Shown in pieces: positions 32,494 through 41,500 of a stretch of DNA of 58,642 bases. A model generated the notes under the pieces. The model was not told where the DNA came from and did not search any database. It worked only from the letters and a program-made list of their open reading frames with translations. The translations under genes were made by a program, and so were the position numbers. Source of the DNA: a virus; UHGV virus genome UHGV-0101169; one strand, written 5' to 3'. Positions within the stretch are counted from its first letter, which is position 1, and each line of letters starts with the position of its first letter.

Positions 32494-34796
32494 TACCCCA
32501 CCACCTTTCTAGCCTTTAATGTGCCGCTCCAAGCACCGCTATAATTTAGCTCGTTTTGATATGCACGTATCATTGTCTTATCCCTGTCTTTCAATTCCAG
32601 AAAGAATAAATCATTAGCATCAGTACGCGGGTCTCCATTCCATGGTATTTGATAATCGACATCGCCTAGATAATATTCCGCTAACCATTCTTCCTGGTCC
32701 TTCGCCAGCTTTTCTTCACTAATGAGCGGATTATTCCATGTCTTATTCACTCCTGTATCATTGTGCTTTTCAGTATAAGACTTTTCTGATACCACATATT
32801 CGTATCCGCTTACAGATATCTGAATAGCATCCCCGACTGTACCTGTAACTTTGATATTCGCATAATAATTGCTGCTCGATACTATTTCGACCACTGCTGT
32901 TCCTGAAGTAACAGATACTTCCAGTCCATATGCAGGATTTGTAAAATATATCGTCTTTGTCATTTCTTCACTATCAAGTGTCAATTCTTCTGATGTCAAT
33001 TCAGTGATTTCCGCTTGCGACATACTGTATATATTTCGTTTAACCGTAATGGACTGAATTTTTTCTTGCCTAGTAGCTACAGGAGATCCTTTTAAATTAA
33101 AATCTCGTGACAGCGTATAATCTGTTGAGTCTCCAAATGATACTTTATCAACCGTTATCCTTGCATTAGGATATCCTTTCGAAAAAACGATTTCCATTTC
33201 ATCGAATTTTTCAAGTTGTTCTTTATACTCACTATGCAGTTGTGGATTTACTATCTCAATATCTTGTACCTGTTCCTGCTGATAATAAGTGATAATATGG
33301 TATTTCTGAGGTGCTACATTACGAAAATCAATGGAAAATCCAAAACATGTGTATCCTGTTTCTAAGTCAATATTAATTTTAGGAATATCTTCAAAATCAC
33401 CATTTGAATCCGCTATACTATCACTAACGTACCCTGTATCTTTTGAATACTCCGCTTCATCTTCCGGCAGAAACAAAACAGATCCGTCAACCAATGAAAA
33501 ATCATTACTATATATGGCATAGCCTATACGTTGATCTTGTTTCAAAACATTCTCAACATGGCTAAATTTGGTCTCGTTGTTAGCAGCTTTAATGCCTGCC
33601 GGTAAAATATCCTCTCCTGGATACAAAAATCTACTCGGATATACAAGATCAATACCGGCACTGGCATACATGTCTGGCAAAAATGATGATTTTATCCATA
33701 CCCTTCCTTGCCGGTCAACGCTTAATACGCATCTGCCTGCATTTGAGATTATCTGTAATGCCTCTGAATGTTTTACCACAGGAACAGGATTATATACCTT
33801 AACATTTTGCAAATATGGATCAACCACGTACTCATCTGTTTTCATACCGGCATCTTCCAGTACATCTAATGCCAAATCATAAAGAGAGATTCCTTCTGGT
33901 CTATACAATCCCCTGTAATATGTTTCATTCAATTTCCAGTCAAACACATCAACCATTGTGAACTTGGCTTCTGTATCAGTTGCGCTCCAAGATTTTAAAA
34001 ATGCTGTAATTTCAGGAACCCATTCAATATTCCTAGTCCCATCCAGATCATATCCAAATGACACTTTCATTTGCTGTCCTTGTTCCATATAAGCAACTGC
34101 TGATTCTGGATTATCTGGATTGTAATATAGATTCTGATTATCTACAGTCAAAGTCATATCTTGGCTTGGAAGCGATTCACAAATCGTTGATACATAATCC
34201 TTATAAGTAAATGATTTCACTTGCTTATTTGAGAAAGTATTTGAAATTCCACATGTAAATTCCAAAATCCTCATTCTTCCATGCCCATTAACCATTGTCA
34301 GTGGGGTTATCCGCAAGAAAGAAATAGCATCGAATGTATCTTCTGTAACGAAATTCCGGGAAGAATTTTCATAGGCTTGTGTGCCATTATCAGATTGAAC
34401 CGTAAATGAAGTTGGGTAATATTCGCCAAAATCAATTGTCAAGCCTTTTATGTCTGCCACATTGCCGTCAAAGTTAATATATACTGAGCCTTGGATTTTA
34501 TCTGGAACCAAGCCATTATTGTAATAGGCATATCCGTCATCCTGCTCTGGAAGAAAATACATTGTGCCGTCAACCTTGGCAAAATTTTCTTCCAGTGTAG
34601 CGTATACCTGGCTAACTGTATTGCCTTTAAATGCTGCTGTTGTATTTGCAAAATAAGCGAAATCATTGTCTGCTTCACTTGCCACTATATTATTTTGTGC
34701 TATGGAACTAATAATACCAATCCTGGCAGTGATATAACCACGATTCCTATTAGGTTTTCGCATGGCTTTTTTATAAGCTGCACTTACAGTTTGCAT
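32493..34796 (-). CDS. large distal tail / receptor-binding tail protein (767 aa)
   Basis: Size and position downstream of the tape measure protein. Confidence 0.55.
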   Translation of the reverse strand: MQTVSAAYKKAMRKPNRNRGYITARIGIISSIAQNNIVASEADNDFAYFANTTAAFKGNTVSQVYATLEENFAKVDGTMYFLPEQDDGYAYYNNGLVPDKIQGSVYINFDGNVADIKGLTIDFGEYYPTSFTVQSDNGTQAYENSSRNFVTEDTFDAISFLRITPLTMVNGHGRMRILEFTCGISNTFSNKQVKSFTYKDYVSTICESLPSQDMTLTVDNQNLYYNPDNPESAVAYMEQGQQMKVSFGYDLDGTRNIEWVPEITAFLKSWSATDTEAKFTMVDVFDWKLNETYYRGLYRPEGISLYDLALDVLEDAGMKTDEYVVDPYLQNVKVYNPVPVVKHSEALQIISNAGRCVLSVDRQGRVWIKSSFLPDMYASAGIDLVYPSRFLYPGEDILPAGIKAANNETKFSHVENVLKQDQRIGYAIYSNDFSLVDGSVLFLPEDEAEYSKDTGYVSDSIADSNGDFEDIPKINIDLETGYTCFGFSIDFRNVAPQKYHIITYYQQEQVQDIEIVNPQLHSEYKEQLEKFDEMEIVFSKGYPNARITVDKVSFGDSTDYTLSRDFNLKGSPVATRQEKIQSITVKRNIYSMSQAEITELTSEELTLDSEEMTKTIYFTNPAYGLEVSVTSGTAVVEIVSSSNYYANIKVTGTVGDAIQISVSGYEYVVSEKSYTEKHNDTGVNKTWNNPLISEEKLAKDQEEWLAEYYLGDVDYQIPWNGDPRTDANDLFFLELKDRDKTMIRAYQNELNYSGAWSGTLKARKVVG

Positions 34797-34802
34797 TTGC
34801 TA

Positions 34803-35231
34803 TCACTCCAGTCCTGAATCAATCAGATTAAACTTGCAGTTTTCATACTTGGTTACTATATGGCTCTCCGGATCTGCGTACAATGGTTTAGCTTCACGGT
34901 CTCCAGGATACATTGTTATGGTTATCGGCTTTCCGGTTCTATAATCTTCAAATGTTACCGGAATGTAAAAAGGTTCAACTGCTCTCAACATCATCTGCCA
35001 GACTTCCGGTTCAAGCATGGCCCATTCAAGGTTATTCAGCTTATACAGATCTCTACCCACTCGTTGACCTATGACGGCATTGTTAGCATTTCTTCCGGCA
35101 TTGACAGTCGTTGTGATGAGATAACTAAACCCAGCCTTAGGACAAGGAAAGTCATATCCATTCACGTTCAGGAAAGCTGTTAGACCTGATCCAGTAACCT
35201 TTGTTGTTTGCGCCATTAGGTACACCTCCAT
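34803..35231 (-). CDS. distal tail protein (142 aa)
   Basis: Position. Confidence 0.45.
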   Translation of the reverse strand: MEVYLMAQTTKVTGSGLTAFLNVNGYDFPCPKAGFSYLITTTVNAGRNANNAVIGQRVGRDLYKLNNLEWAMLEPEVWQMMLRAVEPFYIPVTFEDYRTGKPITITMYPGDREAKPLYADPESHIVTKYENCKFNLIDSGLE

Positions 35232-35325
35232 TTATTGGCAGTAATCTTTCTGCCCCCAAAGGTAAAATCAGGGGACTTTTTCTTTTTAGATTATTACGTA
35301 AGTAATAATCTTTTTCTTTTTAATT

Positions 35326-35371
35326 TCTTACATTCTTATATTCTTACATTCTTTATATTCTTACATTCTTG
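35326..35371. repeat. three tandem ~16-bp repeats TTCTTACATTCTT(T)ATA
   Basis: Copies begin at 35326, 35341 and 35358. Confidence 0.55.
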
Positions 35372-35387
35372 TTTTGTGGTCCGCCTG

Positions 35388-35469
35388 GTAGTTCAAGTGG
35401 TGGTTCAACAGGTAGTCCGTTAGGTGGTTCAATAGGTAGTTCATCTGGTGGTTCGTTGGTTGGTTCAAT
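35388..35469. repeat. iteron cluster R' (four ~22-bp units, inverted relative to cluster R at 3798-3940)
   Basis: Reverse-complement units tgaaccaaccaacgaaccacc, tgaaccaccagatgaactacc, tgaaccacctaacggactacc and tgaaccaccacttgaactacc. Confidence 0.6.
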
Positions 35470-35650
35470 ATTTTTTCAAAAAGTTAGCAAACCGTTGATT
35501 TTACTAGCTTTTTCGGCTATCAATATCAGTTCGCCAGTTGGTTCACATACCCAACACTACTTGAACACCAAAGTAATCACTAAACGTACACCAAAACGAT
35601 CACTCATCGATCACATTTTTAGGCATATTTTGACGGTCATAAAAGCCATT

Positions 35651-36277
35651 TTAAAGCTCATAATCTGGATAAACAGCTTCCCAAACATCTTTATGATAAG
35701 CATTAATCGACCCATAATTAGCGTCGAAGATCTTCTTGACTTCGTACCCCATACGTTCCCCAGCCTCTTTTAGCCTTCTCCATTTGAATGTTTTCCAAGA
35801 AACATTATTCAGTGCTGCTACTCGCTTGATAGAGTACCAATCTTTGCTTGTATCAAGCTGTGCCTGTAGCTCTGCTTCCCGATCCAGGCTTTCCAAAAGC
35901 TGTGCGATAGCGTCCCGGTAAGACATCGGCATATTCATCTTATCGTCTTTCTTCTGGAAGTAATTGTCAACTAGGCGGTCATACACTTCCCACGCCTGAT
36001 CCGTGTTCAGGGACTTAGCGTGAAGAAAAGCACCTTTTTCTGTCCAAAGGTAAATTGTTTTTGCATTTTTCAGACCGTCGTGATTTTCCAGACGGTTCAC
36101 AAATAGGGTCTTTTCTTCATTTTCAAGTTTTATAAAATGTTTTCCTTCTATAAAACGATCAATATTGTGGTTAAAATTGTACGAGATTGTTTTTCTGTCC
36201 GTTCCATACGCTTCCGCAATCTGCTGTGTGGTTAAAACTCTCTGGCATCTGTACTCTGTTACTTTTAATCCTTCCAT
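35651..36277 (-). CDS. ORF6N-domain antirepressor-like protein
   Basis: TEYRCQRVLTTQQIAEAYGTDRKTISYNFNHNIDRFIEGKHF. SD GAAGGAGA. Confidence 0.6.
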   Translation of the reverse strand: MEGLKVTEYRCQRVLTTQQIAEAYGTDRKTISYNFNHNIDRFIEGKHFIKLENEEKTLFVNRLENHDGLKNAKTIYLWTEKGAFLHAKSLNTDQAWEVYDRLVDNYFQKKDDKMNMPMSYRDAIAQLLESLDREAELQAQLDTSKDWYSIKRVAALNNVSWKTFKWRRLKEAGERMGYEVKKIFDANYGSINAYHKDVWEAVYPDYEL

Positions 36278-36307
36278 CCAATTATCTCCTTCTGTATTTA
36301 AAGCAAC

Positions 36308-36397
36308 AAAAAACGCCCACCAGACATAGATTTTCTACATCTAGTGAGCGTGATTCTTAAACTGTTTTTGCCGTCCTTACTCAGTTCGTCCTATCCT
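36308..36397 (-). promoter_or_regulatory. conserved leader element copy B ending in an intrinsic terminator (CGCUCAC-loop-GUGGGCG-U6)
   Basis: Shares AGGATAGG, AGTAAGGACGGCAAAAA, CACGCTCAC and GTGGGCGTTTTTT with copy A. Compensatory U-G pair in the stem. Confidence 0.55.
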
Positions 36398-36465
36398 TTA
36401 AGCCTTGTTTTTCCCGCAACGGCTATTGGGCAAAGCTGATGGATTCGGCTAAATTTTACCCTTTT

Positions 36466-36494
36466 ATTATACCTGTTTTAGGCTGGAATATCAA
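36466..36494 (-). promoter_or_regulatory. consensus promoter TTGATA-17-TATAAT driving leader B
   Basis: Minus-sense cTTGATAttccagcctaaaacaggTATAAT. Confidence 0.55.
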
Positions 36495-36661
36495 GGTTTC
36501 TTGCGCATTTACCTCAATCTTCTACCAAAATAAAATCTGTCAAGTTCTTCCAAGCGGTCAAGATAATCGTCTGCAGTTTTTCCAAGGTCTGTGAAGTGGT
36601 GAACTACCCATTGTCTAAAGCCAATGGGATTGCGGTAGCCCTCCTTTCAATAGCAATGACT

Positions 36662-36925
36662 TCACTCATTTTTCATGCCTCCCCCAAATTCAATCTTTCC
36701 ATTGGAAAGGCACTTGCAGGCATAGGCAAAACCTGCAATAAATGACTTCTCTTGAACATCAAATACGCACCTGTTTATAGAACTTTCAATTTCATTGGCC
36801 AGCTTTGGATTTAAAATCTCATAAACTTTTTTCCACGCATCATCATATTCCCGTCCCCATGTATAATCTTGCGCTTCATCAGAATGAAACCACTGCTCAT
36901 AAATCATCTTTGCAAATTCATCCAT
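36662..36925 (-). CDS. hypothetical protein (87 aa)
   Basis: ORF only. Confidence 0.4.
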   Translation of the reverse strand: MDEFAKMIYEQWFHSDEAQDYTWGREYDDAWKKVYEILNPKLANEIESSINRCVFDVQEKSFIAGFAYACKCLSNGKIEFGGGMKNE

Positions 36926-37047
36926 TACTGTTCACCGCCTTTCTGGCGGTCTGCCAGTCTATTAGTGTACGCAAGGATGCATTTCAAAAAATGCTCGTTG
37001 GTATGTTCCAGATTGTTGATGATTGCTTCAATAAGTTTTTCTCTCAT
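36925..37047 (-). CDS. small hypothetical protein (40 aa, MREKLIEAI start)
   Basis: SD CAGGAGG precedes the internal ATG of the track ORF. Confidence 0.3.
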   Translation of the reverse strand: MREKLIEAIINNLEHTNEHFLKCILAYTNRLADRQKGGEQ

Positions 37048-37156
37048 AAAAAACCTCCTGTGAAATATTGATTTTCCACAAGAGGTATGATACATTATTA
37101 GTGCATATCCCCTTGTGGATGTGATCGTGTAAGAACAACTTCGACCCGCCAAAGTT

Positions 37157-37351
37157 TTAGTTGTTCTTATTTTTTGCCTTTTGGTATTCATCTTCAATAC
37201 CTCTTCGGACAATTTCGGATCTGCTTACATTAAACTTTTCCGCTGAATAATCAAGTTTTTTTAATGTTTCATCGTCAAGTCTAGTTCTAAGCATAAAATC
37301 CTTTGTATTATCCTTAATTTTCTGCCCTGTTTTAGGCGACACTTTTTTCAT
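37157..37351 (-). CDS. ribbon-helix-helix DNA-binding protein
   Basis: FMLRTRLDDETLKKLDYSAEKFNVSRSEIVRRGIE. Confidence 0.5.
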   Translation of the reverse strand: MKKVSPKTGQKIKDNTKDFMLRTRLDDETLKKLDYSAEKFNVSRSEIVRRGIEDEYQKAKNKNN

Positions 37352-37474
37352 CCTCCTTTCAGAACGTTGCTACATTTTGCATATCTTTATATTAACATTG
37401 TAGCAACAAACTGTCAACCCCCAAAATAAAAAAATCAGGGAAGTTTTTAGCTTCCCTGATAATTCATGCCAATA

Positions 37475-37768
37475 TTAAACTTTCCATGTGTGACCGCAAT
37501 TCTGACATGTGGCTCTGGTTTCGTTAATGGTTCTTTCTTTAATACGTCCCTTTGAACCTCTTTCCCAACCAAAAGCAAGCTTTGTCCACCAACCGATGCA
37601 GACAAACCATAATAAGTCAAACAACCAACCACAGCAGCACCAATACAGGCACCCTTTTTGCTTTTTAGACTCCTGTACTCCGATTTTACCAGAAGATACA
37701 CTTCCAGTCTGTACGCTCTGAACTAGAACGTTTTCGCTTCCACACTTAGGACACTTCATAATATCCAC
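37475..37768 (-). CDS. membrane protein with TM hairpin flanked by two zinc ribbons
   Basis: CPKCG...CLYWCCCGWLFDLLWFVCIGWW...CQNCGH. Confidence 0.45.
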   Translation of the reverse strand: MDIMKCPKCGSENVLVQSVQTGSVSSGKIGVQESKKQKGCLYWCCCGWLFDLLWFVCIGWWTKLAFGWERGSKGRIKERTINETRATCQNCGHTWKV

Positions 37769-37835
37769 CCCTTATATAATATTTGTGGATATTGTATCAC
37801 ATAAAGGGGCAAAAGAAAAGAGGCTCGATGGCCTC

Positions 37836-38483
37836 TTATGCTGTCAAGTATGCAATATCTGCAAATCTCTCCAATCTGTCTTTGCAGTCCTTGTAAATAT
37901 CTTTATATGGCATTCCCATTGACATGTCAATTCTAATTGTCTGTAAAATAATGCTTTCAACTAACGTCAGGTTATTCAGGTCGGTAACCGATACAGTGTC
38001 CCGATTTCCACCAATGATTGATTTTGCCAACTTTGTATATGTGAGATACAGTTTATCAGAATGCGTACTGCCCTGTTCTTTCGCATAATCAACAAGCATC
38101 TTAATCACATCAGTTTCTTTCAGTCGGTTTTCTTTGTTGGCAAGTCTGGTGTCGTTCCACTGCTTTGACTGTTTATCCAGAAGAAATTTGCGCATGGCAT
38201 AGAACTGACGCACAAGTTCCTTTTTGAATTTGACTACTGTTTTGGAATTTCTCAAAAGGGTAATGACAAAAGTTGCCTGCTCTTCATTCAGATAAATAAC
38301 TTCCATGGGTCTTCCACCTGAACTTTCCTCATTTAAAATGAGCAAAGTACCGAACTCTTCGATATCGCTTTGGTATTTCTTGATTACCTCTCTTACTGCA
38401 TGATGCTGATTTCCTGTCCCTTCTGCAATCACCTTACTATTTGTAAATACATCGTTTCCTTTAAGTTCCACTAATTCATACAT
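37836..38483 (-). CDS. rha: phage regulatory protein Rha
   Basis: N-terminus LVELKGNDVFTNSKVIAEGTGNQHHAVREVIKKY is a typical Phage_pRha domain. Confidence 0.65.
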   Translation of the reverse strand: MYELVELKGNDVFTNSKVIAEGTGNQHHAVREVIKKYQSDIEEFGTLLILNEESSGGRPMEVIYLNEEQATFVITLLRNSKTVVKFKKELVRQFYAMRKFLLDKQSKQWNDTRLANKENRLKETDVIKMLVDYAKEQGSTHSDKLYLTYTKLAKSIIGGNRDTVSVTDLNNLTLVESIILQTIRIDMSMGMPYKDIYKDCKDRLERFADIAYLTA

Positions 38484-38576
38484 ACTGATACCGCCTTTCT
38501 TGGACTACTGCTTATGCAGGTAGGTTATTTTATATCAGTATTATGGACATGTACTTCATCAATGGAACGGACATAG

Positions 38577-41500
38577 TTAAGTGAAGCTAAATCCATTTCT
38601 GCTGATTCGGCTGTTAATAGCACTGACAAGTTCACGCCCGTCAAGACTAATTGACGTATCCTTGTCAGCAGTTTCCCTGGTATTTTCTGCAATCTGGGAC
38701 AAATATGGAGCTAAGACATCTACAACAGCTTCTCTTACTCCTGCAGTAATGCCAGCTACAATCTGCTCATTATTTGCTACTGCGGTTTTGCCATTGGAGA
38801 ACTGACCAACCATCTCATTATGGTTTGCAAAGAACAGACCATCTTCTGGAAACCCACCTACAGAGTATTTAGGAATGTCAACATGAGCTATTGCTCTGAA
38901 AGATACATGTGAAATGGTATCTTCTTGCATTTCCTTTGCTGCCTCATTGTAATCGCTGATCAGGTCATTCATAGACTCTGCAATTCTGGACAATCCAGTA
39001 TTGAACAGGTCAATCATGCCATTGACTAAATCTCCAACTTCTTTCACAATGCCTTTAAATCCAGAATAGATACCGTCCTTCATATTGGTTCCAAATGGTT
39101 CCCACTTTTCCTTTGTGAACCAGGTAGACACATTGTTGGTAAACCAATTGTTGATATTAGTGTTCCACTGGGTTTCAAATTCAGCCCATTTATCCAGAAG
39201 TGCAGTTTTGAAGTGATCGCCCTGTTCCTTCCACTTTTCAACGGTAAACCATGTTTTTACGTTAGTATTCCACCACGTATTAGTTTTTGTTTTCCACTGA
39301 GATACAAATTCGTCCCACTTGGCAATAAGACCTGTTTTCATTCCGTCCGTTGTAGTTTTCCATTTTTCGGTGGTAAACCACGGAGAAACATTTGCACTAA
39401 AAAATGTTGGCATTGCTGTTCCAGACCACCATACAGCAGCTTGGTTCCATGCATTCATTAACGATGTCTCAAGATTGCCAAAAATAGGATCCAGTGCCGT
39501 AGTAGTAAAACTTGACGCAAGACCAGATACAGCAGTAGTACCAATCGTGCTAAACTGCGACTCACTAAGGGTATCAGAAATAGTATTGTATACGTCAGTA
39601 GCAAATGTGCTAATTGTATCAATACCGTTACTGCTCTCAAATGGCTTGATTAAACCATCCAGCATACCTTGCCCAATCTCTTTCCATTTGGATTCAGAGA
39701 ATATGTCATAAACATCATTTATAGTACCGGAAATACCATTTTGCAGTCCTTCAATGAGATAAACACCATTCTCATCCATGACAGTAGACGGGGAATGGAT
39801 ACCAAGGATGTCCTTAAATTTATCAATGACACTTTGAGCTACCGTACCAACACTCTCTTTGATATTATTCCAACCGTCTTTGATACCATTAATCAAGCCT
39901 TCCATGAGGTACCCACCCATGTCAGCCATAACCGTAGACGGAGAATGGATACCAAACGCCGCCTTAAATCCGTCAATAAACGGAGTGAAAATATTATCAA
40001 TTATCCATTGACCTACAGATTTTAAAGCATCTACAATACCATTGTATAAGCCCTGAATAATATTTCCACCGGCAGCCTGAATGTAAGTATCAAAATATGC
40101 TATAGTCGCATTAAATCCAGCAACCAATTGATTCCATACAGCTTGTCCAACACCTGCGGCCAAGGCAAGTGATGCACCAATAGCAGCGCCTAAATATGTA
40201 TACGCACTGCTTACAAGACCAGCATAATCAATAGTGGTTACAATCTTAATTAATTCGTTTACTATACTAATTCCAATTTGCTGCCAGTTAACCGAAGTAA
40301 TTGCATCGGCTAAAAATCCATATAAGCCCTCTACAATCAGCACTGCGGAGCTCACTAATCTCTCTGCCAGGCCTTCCCAGTCAATACCTACAAGAAAATC
40401 CATGACTCCTTCGCCAAAAGCTCCCCAGTCTGTTTCGTCAAGAAGCGCAATCAAAGTATCAAGCAAACCTGTGACAACAGAACTAAGACTAGATGCGGCT
40501 CCAGACCAGCTAAAAGTTGATGCAAATGTATTTAAACTAAGCGCAAGACTACTTCCGAAATTAGTCCAGTCAAATGTTGTCGCAGCATTTTCTAATACCG
40601 TAAATACAGCATTTAATCCATTTGCAAGCATTTGTCCAATTTCATCCCATTGAACAGAGTTGACAATCCCATTAAGACCATCACCGATAAATTTTCCAAT
40701 GGAATCCCAGTGTGTAACATCCAAAAGAGTATTTGCGAAGTCTACAGCTGTATTAATTCCCTGACCAATGGTTGTACCGATTGAAGTTGCCAGCCCCTCA
40801 GTTTCAACAAATCCATTAATAAAGGTTCCAATACTGGATGCAATCTTTCTGGCAGACTCCTGAATGCCGTCCCAAGGGATAGCGTCAAGGCCGTTCTTAA
40901 GCCAAGTACCAACGGCAGAACCAAGTTCTGTAAAGTCTGCTGCTTCCCACATGGATTTGATTTTATCAGACCACTCCTTGTATTTGCTGTCAATCTCATC
41001 AGTCTCAAACATATCAGCGGCGCTTGCACCGCTACCGCCAGATCCGCCACTCTTGCTTTGGTCAACAATATTCAGCTCATCAATTCCAAGTGTATGGGTC
41101 TTAAGGTCATCAGCAGCCTTCCCAGCCTTTCCAAGACTCTTAGCATAGTCTTGTGTCTGCTTCTTGGCTTTAATCCATGTACCATGTCCTGTAAGCGCAG
41201 AAAACAGCTGATTAACAGCATTTGCCGCATTAATACACATCTGAATGATAGTATTTAACGCCGGAGCCAGTGCGTTAAGAAGTGGAGATGCTGCCGCTGC
41301 TACAGAGTTTTTCAGCTGATTTGTGGAATTCATCAGCAATGACATGCTGGCATTGGTCTCACTGCTGTACTTGACCAAATTTTGCATACCGTCAACAAAA
41401 GCTTTTCGCAACTTATTGATTAATGCAAATAAGGTCCTCACTCCTACTGCATATCTAAGCATGGTTCCTAGATTTTTTAGCAATGAATTATGAGAGCCTT

